Made by a program: the position numbers and the translations under genes
Shown: piece after piece, positions 15,001 through 30,000 of the stretch
How positions within the stretch are numbered: the first letter of the stretch is position 1
Layout: each line of letters opens with the position of its first letter
Notes under the pieces: model-generated
Told to the model about the DNA's origin: nothing
Seen by the model: only the letters and a program-made list of their open reading frames with translations
The model's database searches: none
From: Chloropicon primus
Taxonomy: Eukaryota
Length of the DNA stretch: 64,000 bases
Assembly (NCBI GenBank): GCA_023205875.1
Contig: CP060759.1
Coordinates: 930,001-994,000, forward strand
Direction of reading: 5' to 3'

Positions 15001-18000
15001 ACAAAGCAAAACCATCCTTGTGTGGGAATTATACATGCTGCCGGTGTCTTACGAGATGGCCTTGCTGCAAATCTCAACCATACTCAGGTCCAACAGGTAT
15101 TTGACCCAAAGATCAGTGGCGCTTTGCATTTGCATCACAACACACTCCTGCAGCCATTGCAGGTATGCATCATGTTCTCCTCCATAGCTTCACTCTATGG
15201 AAGCATTGGTCAGACCTCCTACAGTGCAGCAAATACCTATCTTGATACATTGGCTGCTCTAAGGCAAAACCAAGGCCTTCCTGCGGTCAGCATACAATGG
15301 CCAGCAATATCTGGCATTGGCATGTGGGAAGGTCTATCAAGTGTCCACAAGAAAACAACACCATTTACTTTGGCAGTGACAGATGTTGTGAAGGTGATGA
15401 AACATCTTGTTTCAAGTGTCCCAATTCCTGCACCAAACATTGCTATGCTGCCACAAAGCCTCGTTCACGACGTAAATGTTGAGAGGAAGCAAAACGATAA
15501 AAACATGGACCCTGTTGTTGATACAAAGGATCCGTCTTGGTATGAATTGCCTTCTCAATGGAAGCAGTTGCAAGTGACTAAGCTCTCCAACAACTTCAGT
15601 GAAGCAACTTCGATGCAGCATCTCAACACATTAGATTGTGAAGAAAATGAAGTGGTAGTACGGGTCATCTATGCAGGAGTCAATGCTAGTGATGTCAACT
15701 TCAGTGCTGGAAAGTACCATGGAAGTGAAGCAGCAGCAACGAAAGCTCTCCCATTTGCAGCTGGACTTGAAGGTGTAGGTCTTGTGGTTAAGAAAGGAAG
15801 CAAAACAAAGATCTCTATTGGGAGTCCCGTGGCATGCATGGCACCTGGTTGTTATTCAGACTTCCTCACAATCAAGGAAAGCAGTCTACTTACTATCTCT
15901 GAGATACAAATTGAGACAGTTGCACTGCTAACATCTGGACTCACAGCAACGCTTGCGCTTTCTCAAGTCGGCCAAATGAAAAATGGTGGTGAAACCGTCC
16001 TAGTTACAGCAGCCGCTGGTGGCACCGGTCAATTTGCTGTTCAGCTTGCAAAACTGGCAGGTAACCGTGTTATAGCAACATGCAGCAACCCAAGAAAGAA
16101 AGATCTTCTTGAAGAACTCGGAGCAGAACGTGTCATCAACTACAAATTGGAAGATGTCCAAAAAGTTCTCAAAGAAGAATACCCACGTGGCATTTCCCTT
16201 GTATATGATGGAGTTGGAGGGAAATTGCTTCAAAACATTCTTCCAGCTGTGTCGCCACTGGGTAGAATTGTCACCATTGGCGCCGTGTCAACATACCAAG
16301 CAGATGAAGAATCTGCGTTGAAACAGGAGCACATGCAAAGTTTGTACCAACGTGGAGTGTCCATCTTGGGCTTTTACTTGCCCGCATACAAGAGTCAGTT
16401 CCAAAAGTACCTCAATCAACTCTGTGACCTTCATCGCACTAAGAAACTTAGGGTACACGTGGATGTCAAGAAACGATATTGCGGGGCTGAAATGGCCCCT
16501 GATGCTGTCAAAGATCTCCACTCTGGAAAGACTCAGGGGAAGGTTGTTGTGCAAATACCACAACATGTGCCAAAAACATTCAAAGACCTTTCTGCTCAGC
16601 TCAAAACTAATTACAGCCTGAACACGAATGCAGTACCAAAAAGCAAAGACAGCAACAAAATGCAAGTTGACGTTGTCTCCCTGACTTCCCAAGTGCAAAA
16701 AACAATTGAGCAAGCAGTCATAGATACTATTGGAGAAACCATTGACACGGAAAGTCCTCTCATGGAAGCAGGAGTCGACTCGCTTGCTTCATCAGAGCTT
16801 ATCAACAAGATCAATGATGACATGGGAACCTCTTTGGCGCCCACAATCTTGTTCGACTATCCAACAATTCAGGATCTCACACAGCACCTTGTGCAGACCC
16901 TCAAAGGACCTGACGCTACAGATCACGCCATTGAGGCTGTGGAGCGCATCCCAAACCATGATCCAATGCATGCTGTGACAACAACAATGCTGTCTTCTGC
17001 TATCAGATATCCAAACCATACAAATTCAAACCAAAGGTTCTTGAATGTCCTTAACAACCAATCCGAGCTTTGCGCAGTCACTCCACTTCAACGGTGGGAC
17101 CGCATGGATTGGTATTCCTCACAGGGCTATGGGAACGACATCTATGTGCCCTTTGGATACTGGCTTCCAGACCTCTGGACATTCCAACCTGATGCACTAA
17201 GCATGACTTCCGCAGAATCCCTTTATGTGGACCCACAAGGAAGGAAGCTCCTGGAGGTCACATGGGAGGCCATGTACAACACTCCTCTATCTTCAAACAA
17301 ACATGCCAGAACAAATACAGGTGTTTATGTAGGATGCATGTCCACAGAGTACCCACATATCCTGAAGGGGGCAAACATGGCAAACAATGCTGGTACAGGT
17401 ACTGGAAGCGGCATTAGCTTCCTTTGTGGTCGTGTTTCTTATGTGATGGGCTTCAAAGGACCATGCATCAGCATAGATACTGCATGTTCCTCCTCCCTTG
17501 CAGCAACTCACTTGGGCAGGACAGCCATTATAGCACATGAATGTGATACAGCAACAATAGCAGGAACAAATATAATGATTGCACCACAAACAACGCAAGC
17601 TATTTGCAATTTGCAAGCCCTTGCCGTGGATGGAAGATGCAAAACCCTTGATGCAACTGCAAATGGATATGGCCGTGCCGAAGCTATTGCTGCCGTAATC
17701 ATTGCAAATGCAAACGATACATACACGAACATGCTCAAAATGCCTGTCAACATCGCTGCATCTTTTGTGAACCAAGATGGAAGATCAAGCAGTCTGACTG
17801 CACCAAATGGGCCATCACAGTCAACACTCATCTCATCTGCTTTGAGGCAAGCAAATCTGAAGCCAGAACAAATCAACCATGTTGTCATGCATGGAACAGG
17901 AACACCTCTGGGTGACCCAATTGAGGTTGGTGCCCTGGGACAAGCATTCCATTCAGATGACAAAGTTCATATGCTTGCACTTGCTGCAGTCAAGGTTGCT

Positions 18001-21000
18001 TTTGGACATACAGAAGGAGCAGCAGGACTCACGGGCCTACTTAGTGCAATGCAGTCGTGTAGCACGTTATGCATTCAACCGGTTACCGCATGCAGAAACA
18101 TGAATGTTCATGTGCAGGGTGCAATCAAAGATCATAGAGATGGGCACAAAAGAGTCACTTCTGCAAGGATTCAACAAGGTCCTTGGTCATTCACTTGTGA
18201 TGAAAACAATGACAAAGCAATCGCAGGGACAAGCTCGTTTGGCATGAGCGGAGTCAACAGTCACGGGGTTGTTGAAGCAAAACTTGCAGGCCATACTTAC
18301 AATGCGCAGAGTATTGCATGGAACAACAAGCAAGTACTCTTCCCAATGGTTGGGTGTGCATTTGTGAAGGCTTCCTACAAAGCATCTACAAAACAACACC
18401 AAGTATTTGCGATTCAAATCAAGGACCACAACCTGCTCGACCACATGGTCATGGGGAAATCCATTTTACCAGGTGCAGGATTCATGGAACTGTCATCAGC
18501 CTCTGCACGAGCTATGCTCAATCCAAACGTCTTACGTGATCTCAAACCAGTGCTTGCAAAGATATCAATTCCAGCCCCGATGCAGTTGGAACCAAACAAA
18601 CATCAAATGATGCAATGTACGGTGGACACAGTGACCGGACAAGTAGGACTGAAAAGTCACAAAACCTGGAATCTCCAAGCCATATGGAAGAAACCAGTCA
18701 AACACTTGCCAGAGCGCCAAACCACACACGAAGATCAAAACGAGTGGAACAAAGGCATCATGGGTATAATGCACCACAATCAAGCTGCACACACAGCCAA
18801 TGCAATTGCAACAGTCGCCAAAACATCAAATGACCTCTATGATTACACCGTCAACCCAGCTGTGGGCGACGCAAATCTACAGCTTGGTGCCGTGGAAAGC
18901 GTGATTCGTTTGGCGAGCCAAGACAATGCTAGTCAAGAAACGCAAGTACCAACGGGTTGCCATGCCTATTACATGGGCGACCAGTCAGATGCTCCAGCAG
19001 CATACACGGCAGTCTGTCAGAATGGCTCCCAAGCTGGCATCTCAAGCCATAGACTAAAAAGTCTATGTGAAGAGATCAACTGTGCCTCAGTTCTCAATTT
19101 GCAAACCAAAGCAGCATTTAGATCGCAAAGTGCTTTGAATGCAGCCAACAGCCAACAGAAAGTGCAAGAAAAGGACATGCTCTTATCGGCTTTGGTGTGG
19201 TCAGCCTGCTATGCGACCCCTCTGGACTGCGCTGCTCATCAAAATGCAATAATCGCAGGATCAAGGGACGCACAAGAGAATGTGCTTCTCGTGAAACTTG
19301 GAGACGCGCAATCCAATTTGGAGCATCCTCTCAAGATTGCATGCAGAAATGCAGGAGCTCTCTATTCATCATCTCATGTGGATAGTCCTGAAATGCAAGA
19401 GTACCTGACAAACACCTCAAAGTCGGTCCACGTTGTTTGCCTTGTCTCGCACCAAGCAAATGTTGCAAAGCAACTTGTAGGCCTTGCCAACCTTGTCAAA
19501 GCGGTGAACAAGTCAAACATGGAATCACCTAGTATCACTGTGGTTTTCTTGGATTCACAAACGACCATGAACGTCCAACACAACACCTCAAAAGCATTGT
19601 GGGGAGCATGCAGGACGATGAGAATGGAGTACCCATCCTTGCAATTGACAACCATTCAAATGGATGCACACATGGACAAGAGTCAGGCAGCTCTTTACCT
19701 CGTGTCAGAAATCCAAAACAAACATTCAACTGAAAAGGAAGTCATGTACAAGAATGCGACACGATACATCAATACCATTGTGGAGAAGTATCCTTCTGCA
19801 TCACAGCATCTCTCCCTCAATCCACATCTGGAAAAGCTCCAGAGAGGATCATATGTTATCACAGGAGGTCTTGGAGGTCTGGGTCTTGTGACCGCGCAAC
19901 TTCTTGCAGATATGGGAGCGACAAGCATATCTCTCCTCTCAAGAAGTGGCATCATTCAGCGCACGGACCAAAACCTTAATGCCATTCTCGACAAAGTAAG
20001 AGAGAAAGCCAATGTGGAGGTTATCGCATGTGATGTGAGCAAAGAAGATCATGTGCGCAATCTCTACACAAAGCAAAACCATCCTTGTGTGGGAATTATA
20101 CATGCTGCCGGTGTCTTACGAGATGGCCTTGCTGCAAATCTCAACCATACTCAGGTCCAACAGGTATTTGACCCAAAGATCAGTGGCGCTTTGCATTTGC
20201 ATCACAACACACTCCTGCAGCCATTGCAGGTATGCATCATGTTCTCCTCCATAGCTTCACTCTATGGAAGCATTGGTCAGACCTCCTACAGTGCAGCAAA
20301 TACCTATCTTGATACTTTGGCTGCTCTAAGGCAAAACCAAGGCCTTCCTGCGGTCAGCATACAATGGCCAGCAATATCTGGCATTGGCATGTGGGAAGGT
20401 CTATCAAGTGTCCACAAGAAAACAACACCGTTCACGCTGTCTGTCGAGGGAGCTATCACATCTCTCAATAAGATTCTGAAGGACCTTTCATCCTTCACAA
20501 TCACAACCGTGACGATTTTACCAAGGTGGATGATCTACGGAACCAGGGAAAAGAACAAAGCACACATGGCAGCAAAGGCGGATCCAAATGAAATCCAGCG
20601 GCAGCCAACAAGCGGAAGAAGCCAGAGCGTCAAATTCACATCTGTAGCTGTGTTGACTTCCCAAGTGCAAAAAACAATTGAGCAAGCAGTCATAGATACT
20701 ATTGGAGAAACCATTGACACGGAAAGTCCTCTCATGGAAGCAGGAGTCGACTCGCTTGCTTCATCAGAGCTTATCAACAAGATCAATGATGACATGGGAA
20801 CCTCTTTGGGGCCCACAATCTTGTTCGACTATCCAACAATTCAGGATCTCACACAGCATCTTGTGCAGACCCTCAAAGGACCTGACGCTACAGATCACGC
20901 CATTGAGGCTGTGGAGCGCATCCCAAACCATGATCCAATGCATGCTGTGACAACAACAATGCTGTCTTCTGCTATCAGATATCCAAACCATACAAATTCA

Positions 21001-24000
21001 AACCAAAGGTTCTTGAATGTCCTTAACAACCAATCCGAGCTTTGCGCAGTCACTCCACTTCAACGGTGGGACCGCATGGATTGGTATTCCTCACAGGGCT
21101 ATGGGAACGACATCTATGTGCCCTTTGGATACTGGCTTCCAGACCTCTGGACATTCCAACCTGATGCACTAAGCATGACTTCCGCAGAATCCCTTTATGT
21201 GGACCCACAAGGAAGGAAGCTCCTGGAGGTCACATGGGAGGCCATGTACAACACTCCTCTATCTTCAAACAAACATGCCAGAACAAATACAGGTGTTTAT
21301 GTAGGATGCATGTCCACAGAGTACCCACATATCCTGAAGGGGGCAAACATGGCAAACAATGCTGGTACAGGTACTGGAAGCGGCATTAGCTTCCTTTGTG
21401 GTCGTGTTTCTTATGTGATGGGCTTCAAAGGACCATGCATCAGCATAGATACTGCATGTTCCTCCTCCCTTGCAGCAACTCACTTGGGCAGGACAGCCAT
21501 TATAGCACATGAATGTGATACAGCAACAATAGCAGGAACAAATATAATGATTGCACCACAAACAACGCAAGGTGTTTGCAATTTGCAAGCCCTTGCCGTG
21601 GATGGAAGATGCAAAACCCTTGATGCAACTGCAAATGGATATGGCCGTGCCGAAGCTATTGCTGCCGTAATCATTGCAAATGCAAACGATACACACACGA
21701 ACATGCTCAAAATGCCTGTCAACATCGTTGCATCTTTTGTGAACCAAGATGGAAGATCAAGCAGTCTGACTGCACCAAATGGGCCATCACAGTCAACACT
21801 CATCTCATCTGCTTTGAGGCAAGCAAATCTGAAGCCAGAACAAATCAACCATGTTGTCATGCATGGAACAGGAACACCTCTGGGTGACCCAATTGAGGTT
21901 GGTGCCCTGGGACAAGCATTCCATTCGGATGACAAAGTTCATATGCTTGCACTTGCTGCAGTCAAGGTTGCTTTCGGACATACAGAAGGAGCAGCAGGAC
22001 TCACGGGCCTACTTAGTGCAATGCAGTCGTGTAGCACGTTATGCATTCAACCGGTTACCGCATGCAGAAACATGAATGTTCATGTGCAGGGTGCAATCAA
22101 AGATCATAGAGATGGGCACAAAAGAGTCACTTCTGCAAGGATTCAACAAGGTCCTTGGTCATTCACTTGTGATGAAAACAATGACAAAGCAATCGCAGGG
22201 ACAAGCTCGTTTGGCATGAGCGGAGTCAACAGTCACGGGGTTGTTGAAGCAAAACTTGCAGGCCATACTTACAATGCGCAGAGTATTGCATGGAATAACA
22301 GGCAAGTACTCTTCCCAATGGTTGGGTGTGCATTTGTGAAGGCTTCCTACAAAGCATCTACAAAACAACACCAAGTATTTGCGATTCAAATCAAGGACCA
22401 CAACCTGCTCGACCACATGGTCATGGGGAAATCCATTTTACCAGGTGCAGGATTCATGGAACTGTCATCAGCCTCTGCACGAGCTATGCTCAATCCAAAC
22501 GTCTTACGTGATCTCAAACCAGTGCTTGCAAAGATATCAATTCCAGCCCCGATGCAGTTGGAACCAAACAAACATCAAATGATGCAATGTACGGTGGACA
22601 CAGTGACCGGACAAGTAGGACTGAAAAGTCACAAAACCTGGAATCTCCAAGCCATATGGAAGAAACCAGTCAAACACTTGCCAGAGCGCCAAACCACACA
22701 CGAAGATCAAAACGAGTGGAACAAAGGCATCATGGGTATAATGCACCACAATCAAGCTGCACACACAGCCAATGCAATTGCAACAGTCGCCAAAATATCA
22801 AATGACCTCTATGATTACACCGTCAACCCAGCTGTGGGCGACGCAAATCTACAGCTTGGTGCCGTGGAAAGCGTGATTCGTTTGGTGAGCCAAGACAATG
22901 CTAGTCAAGAAACGCAAGTACCAACGGGTTGCCATGCCTATTACATGGGCGACCAGTCAGATGCTCCAGCAGCATACACGGCAGTCTGTCAGAATGGCTC
23001 CCAAGCTGGCATCTCAAGCCATAGACTAAAAAGTCTATGTGAAGAGATCAACTGTGCCTCAGTTCTCAATTTGCAAACCAAAGCAGCATTTAGATCGCAA
23101 AGTGCTTTGAATGCAGCCAACAGCCAACAGAAAGTGCAAGAAAAGGACATGCTCTTATCGGCTTTGGTGTGGTCAGCCTGCTATGCGACCCCTCTGGACT
23201 GCGCTGCTCATCAAAATGCAATAATCGCAGGATCAAGGGACGCACAAGAGAATGTGCTTCTCGTGAAACTTGGAGACGCGCAATCCAATTTGGAGCATCC
23301 TCTCAAGATTGCATGCAGAAATGCAGGAGCTCTCTATTCATCATCTCATGTGGATAGTCCTGAAATGCAAGAGTACCTGACAAACACCTCAAAGTCGGTC
23401 CACGTTGTTTGCCTTGTCTCGCACCAAGCAAATGTTGCAAAGCAACTTGTAGGCCTTGCCAACCTTGTCAAAGCGGTGAACAAGTCAAACATGGAATCAC
23501 CTAGTATCACTGTGGTTTTCTTGGATTCACAAACGACCATGAACGTCCAACACAACACCTCAAAAGCATTGTGGGGAGCATGCAGGACGATGAGAATGGA
23601 GTACCCATCCTTGCAATTGACAACCATTCAAATGGATGCACACATGGACAAGAGTCAGGCAGCTCTTTACCTCGTGTCAGAAATCCAAAACAAACATTCA
23701 ACTGAAAAGGAAGTCATGTACAAGAATGCGACACGATACATCAATACCATTGTGGAGAAGTATCCTTCTGCATCACAGCATCTCTCCCTCAATCCACATC
23801 TGGAAAAGCTCCAGAGAGGATCATATGTTATCACAGGAGGTCTTGGAGGTCTGGGTCTTGTGACCGCGCAACTTCTTGCAGATATGGGAGCGACAAGCAT
23901 ATCTCTCCTCTCAAGAAGTGGCATCATTCAGCGCACGGACCAAAACCTTAATGCCATTCTCGACAAAGTAAGAGAGAAAGCCAATGTGGAGGTTATCGCA

Positions 24001-27000
24001 TGTGATGTGAGCAAAGAAGATCATGTGCGCAATCTCTACACAAAGCAAAACCATCCTTGTGTGGGAATTATACATGCTGCCGGTGTCTTACGAGATGGCC
24101 TTGCTGCAAATCTCAACCATACTCAGGTCCAACAGGTATTTGACCCAAAGATCAGTGGCGCTTTGCATTTGCATCACAACACACTCCTGCAGCCATTGCA
24201 GGTATGCATCATGTTCTCCTCCATAGCTTCACTCTATGGAAGCATTGGTCAGACCTCCTACAGTGCAGCAAATACCTATCTTGATACTTTGGCTGCTCTA
24301 AGGCAAAACCAAGGCCTTCCTGCGGTCAGCATACAATGGCCAGCAATATCTGGCATTGGCATGTGGGAAGGTCTATCAAGTGTCCACAAGAAAACAACAC
24401 CATTTACTTTGGCAGTGACAGATGTTGTGAAGGTGATGAAACATCTTGTTTCAAGTGTCCCAATTCCTGCACCAAACATTGCTATGCTGCCACAAAGCCT
24501 CGTTCACGACGTAAATGTTGAGAGGAAGCAAAACGATAAAAACATGGACCCTGTTGTTGATACAAAGGATCCGTCTTGGTATGAATTGCCTTCTCAATGG
24601 AAGCAGTTGCAAGTGACTAAGCTCTCCAACAACTTCAGTGAAGCAACTTCGATGCAGCATCTCAACACATTAGATTGTGAAGAAAATGAAGTGGTAGTAC
24701 GGGTCATCTATGCAGGAGTCAATGCTAGTGATGTCAACTTCAGTGCTGGAAAGTACCATGGAAGTGAAGCAGCAGCAACGAAAGCTCTCCCATTTGCAGC
24801 TGGACTTGAAGGTGTAGGTCTTGTGGTTAAGAAAGGAAGCAAAACAAAGATCTCTATTGGGAGTCCCGTGGCATGCATGGCACCTGGTTGTTATTCAGAC
24901 TTCCTCACAATCAAGGAAAGCAGTCTACTTACTATCTCTGAGATACAAATTGAGACAGTTGCACTGCTAACATCTGGACTCACAGCAACGCTTGCGCTTT
25001 CTCAAGTCGGCCAAATGAAAAATGGTGGTGAAACCGTCCTAGTTACAGCAGCCGCTGGTGGCACCGGTCAATTTGCTGTTCAGCTTGCAAAACTGGCAGG
25101 TAACCGTGTTATAGCAACATGCAGCAACCCAAGAAAGAAAGATCTTCTTGAAGAACTCGGAGCAGAACGTGTCATCAACTACAAATTGGAAGATGTCCAA
25201 AAGTTCTCAAAGAAGAATACCCACGTGGCATTTCCCTTGTATATGATGGAGTTGGAGGGAAATTGCTTCAAAACATTCTTCCAGCTGTGTCGCCACTGGG
25301 TAGAATTGTCACCATTGGCGCCGTGTCAACATACCAAGCAGATGAAGAATCTGCGTTGAAACAGGAGCACATGCAAAGTTTGTACCAACGTGGAGTGTCC
25401 ATCTTGGGCTTTTACTTGCCCGCATACAAGAGTCAGTTCCAAAAGTACCTCAATCAACTCTGTGACCTTCATCGCACTAAGAAACTTAGGGTACACGTGG
25501 ATGTCAAGAAACGATATTGCGGGGCTGAAATGGCCCCTGATGCTGTCAAAGATCTCCACTCTGGAAAGACTCAGGGGAAGGTTGTTGTGCAAATACCACA
25601 ACATGTGCCAAAAACATTCAAAGACCTTTCTGCTCAGCTCAAAACTAATTACAGCCTGAACACGAATGCAGTACCAAAAAGCAAAGACAGCAACAAAATG
25701 CAAGTTGACGTTGTCTCCCTGACTTCCCAAGTGCAAAAAACAATTGAGCAAGCAGTCATAGATACTATTGGAGAAACCATTGACACGGAAAGTCCTCTCA
25801 TGGAAGCAGGAGTCGACTCGCTTGCTTCATCAGAGCTTATCAACAAGATCAATGATGACATGGGAACCTCTTTGGCGCCCACAATCTTGTTCGACTATCC
25901 AACAATTCAGGATCTCACACAGCACCTTGTGCAGACCCTCAAAGGACCTGACGCTACAGATCACGCCATTGAGGCTGTGGAGCGCATCCCAAACCATGAT
26001 CCAATGCATGCTGTGACAACAACAATGCTGTCTTCTGCTATCAGATATCCAAACCATACAAATTCAAACCAAAGGTTCTTGAATGTCCTTAACAACCAAT
26101 CCGAGCTTTGCGCAGTCACTCCACTTCAACGGTGGGACCGCATGGATTGGTATTCCTCACAGGGCTATGGGAACGACATCTATGTGCCCTTTGGATACTG
26201 GCTTCCAGACCTCTGGACATTCCAACCTGATGCACTAAGCATGACTTCCGCAGAATCCCTTTATGTGGACCCACAAGGAAGGAAGCTCCTGGAGGTCACA
26301 TGGGAGGCCATGTACAACACTCCTCTATCTTCAAACAAACATGCCAGAACAAATACAGGTGTTTATGTAGGATGCATGTCCACAGAGTACCCACATATCC
26401 TGAAGGGGGCAAACATGGCAAACAATGCTGGTACAGGTACTGGAAGCGGCATTAGCTTCCTTTGTGGTCGTGTTTCTTATGTGATGGGCTTCAAAGGACC
26501 ATGCATCAGCATAGATACTGCATGTTCCTCCTCGCTTGCAGCAACTCACTTGGGCAGGACAGCCATTATAGCACATGAATGTGATACAGCAACAATAGCA
26601 GGAACAAATATAATGATTGCACCACAAACAACGCAAGGTGTTTGCAATTTGCAAGCCCTTGCCGTGGATGGAAGATGCAAAACCCTTGATGCAACTGCAA
26701 ATGGATATGGCCGTGCCGAAGCTATTGCTGCCGTAATCATTGCAAATGCAAACGATACATACACGAACATGCTCAAAATGCCTGTCAACATCGTTGCATC
26801 TTTTGTGAACCAAGATGGAAGATCAAGCAGTCTGACTGCACCAAATGGGCCATCACAGTCAACACTCATCTCATCTGCTTTGAGGCAAGCAAATCTGAAG
26901 CCAGAACAAATCAACCATGTTGTCATGCATGGAACAGGAACACCTCTGGGTGACCCAATTGAGGTTGGTGCCCTGGGACAAGCATTCCATTCAGATGACA

Positions 27001-30000
27001 AAGTTCATATGCTTGCACTTGCTGCAGTCAAGGTTGCTTTCGGACATACAGAAGGAGCAGCAGGACTCACGGGCCTACTTAGTGCAATGCAGTCGTGTAG
27101 CACGTTATGCATTCAACCGGTTACCGCATGCAGAAACATGAATGTTCATGTGCAGGGTGCAATCAAAGATCATAGAGATGGGCACAAAAGAGTCACTTCT
27201 GCAAGGATTCAACAAGGTCCTTGGTCATTCACTTGTGATGAAAACAATGACAAAGCAATCGCAGGGACAAGCTCGTTTGGCATGAGCGGAGTCAACAGTC
27301 ACGGGGTTGTTGAAGCAAAACTTGCAGGCCATACTTACAATGCGCAGAGTATTGCATGGAACAACAAGCAAGTACTCTTCCCAATGGTTGGGTGTGCATT
27401 TGTGAAGGCTTCCTACAAAGCATCTACAAAACAACACCAAGTATTTGCGATTCAAATCAAGGACCACAACCTGCTCGACCACATGGTCATGGGGAAATCC
27501 ATTTTACCAGGTGCAGGATTCATGGAACTGTCATCAGCCTCTGCACGAGCTATGCTCAATCCAAACGTCTTACGTGATCTCAAACCAGTGCTTGCAAAGA
27601 TATCAATTCCAGCCCCGATGCAGTTGGAACCAAACAAACATCAAATGATGCAATGTACGGTGGACACAGTGACCGGACAAGTAGGACTGAAAAGTCACAA
27701 AACCTGGAATCTCCAAGCCATATGGAAGAAACCAGTCAAACACTTGCCAGAGCGCCAAACCACACACGAAGATCAAAACGAGTGGAACAAAGGCATCATG
27801 GGTATAATGCACCACAATCAAGCTGCACACACAGCCAATGCAATTGCAACAGTCGCCAAAACATCAAATGACCTCTATGATTACACCGTCAACCCAGCTG
27901 TGGGCGACGCAAATCTACAGCTTGGTGCCGTGGAAAGCGTGATTCGTTTGGTGAGCCAAGACAATGCTAGTCAAGAAACGCAAGTACCAACGGGTTGCCA
28001 TGCCTATTACATGGGCGACCAGTCAGATGCTCCAGCAGCATACACGGCAGTCTGTCAGAATGGCTCCCAAGCTGGCATCTCAAGCCATAGACTAAAAAGT
28101 CTATGTGAAGAGATCAACTGTGCCTCAGTTCTCAATTTGCAAACCAAAGCAGCATTTAGATCGCAAAGTGCTTTGAATGCAGCCAACAGCCAACAGAAAG
28201 TGCAAGAAAAGGACATGCTCTTATCGGCTTTGGTGTGGTCAGCCTGCTATGCGACCCCTCTGGACTGCGCTGCTCATCAAAATGCAATAATCGCAGGATC
28301 AAGGGACGCACAAGAGAATGTGCTTCTCGTGAAACTTGGAGACGCGCAATCCAATTTGGAGCATCCTCTCAAGATTGCATGCAGAAATGCAGGAGCTCTC
28401 TATTCATCATCTCATGTGGATAGTCCTGAAATGCAAGAGTACCTGACAAACACCTCAAAGTCGGTCCACGTTGTTTGCCTTGTCTCGCACCAAGCAAATG
28501 TTGCAAAGCAACTTGTAGGCCTTGCCAACCTTGTCAAAGCGGTGAACAAGTCAAACATGGAATCACCTAGTATCACTGTGGTTTTCTTGGATTCACAAAC
28601 GACCATGAACGTCCAACACAACACCTCAAAAGCATTGTGGGGAGCATGCAGGACGATGAGAATGGAGTACCCATCCTTGCAATTGACAACCATTCAAATG
28701 GATGCACACATGGACAAGAGTCAGGCAGCTCTTTACCTCGTGTCAGAAATCCAAAACAAACATTCAACTGAAAAGGAAGTCATGTACAAGAATGCGACAC
28801 GATACATCAATACCATTGTGGAGAAGTATCCTTCTGCATCACAGCATCTCTCCCTCAATCCACATCTGGAAAAGCTCCAGAGAGGATCATATGTTATCAC
28901 AGGAGGTCTTGGAGGTCTGGGTCTTGTGACCGCGCAACTTCTTGCAGATATGGGAGCGACAAGCATATCTCTCCTCTCAAGAAGTGGCATCATTCAGCGC
29001 ACGGACCAAAACCTTAATGCCATTCTCGACAAAGTAAGAGAGAAAGCCAATGTGGAGGTTATCGCATGTGATGTGAGCAAAGAAGATCATGTGCGCAATC
29101 TCTACACAAAGCAAAACCATCCTTGTGTGGGAATTATACATGCTGCCGGTGTCTTACGAGATGGCCTTGCTGCAAATCTCAACCATACTCAGGTCCAACA
29201 GGTATTTGACCCAAAGATCAGTGGCGCTTTGCATTTGCATCACAACACACTCCTGCAGCCATTGCAGGTATGCATCATGTTCTCCTCCATAGCTTCACTC
29301 TATGGAAGCATTGGTCAGACCTCCTACAGTGCAGCAAATACCTATCTTGATACTTTGGCTGCTCTAAGGCAAAACCAAGGCCTTCCTGCGGTCAGCATAC
29401 AATGGCCAGCAATATCTGGCATTGGCATGTGGGAAGGTCTATCAAGTGTCCACAAGAAAACAACACCATTTACTTTGGCAGTGACAGATGTTGTGAAGGT
29501 GATGAAACATCTTGTTTCAAGTGTCCCAATTCCTGCACCAAACATTGCTATGCTGCCACAAAGCCTCGTTCACGACGTAAATGTTGAGAGGAAGCAAAAC
29601 GATAAAAACATGGACCCTGTTGTTGATACAAAGGATCCGTCTTGGTATGAATTGCCTTCTCAATGGAAGCAGTTGCAAGTGACTAAGCTCTCCAACAACT
29701 TCAGTGAAGCAACTTCGATGCAGCATCTCAACACATTAGATTGTGAAGAAAATGAAGTGGTAGTACGGGTCATCTATGCAGGAGTCAATGCTAGTGATGT
29801 CAACTTCAGTGCTGGAAAGTACCATGGAAGTGAAGCAGCAGCAACGAAAGCTCTCCCATTTGCAGCTGGACTTGAAGGTGTAGGTCTTGTGGTTAAGAAA
29901 GGAAGCAAAACAAAGATCTCTATTGGGAGTCCCGTGGCATGCATGGCACCTGGTTGTTATTCAGACTTCCTCACAATCAAGGAAAGCAGTCTACTTACTA

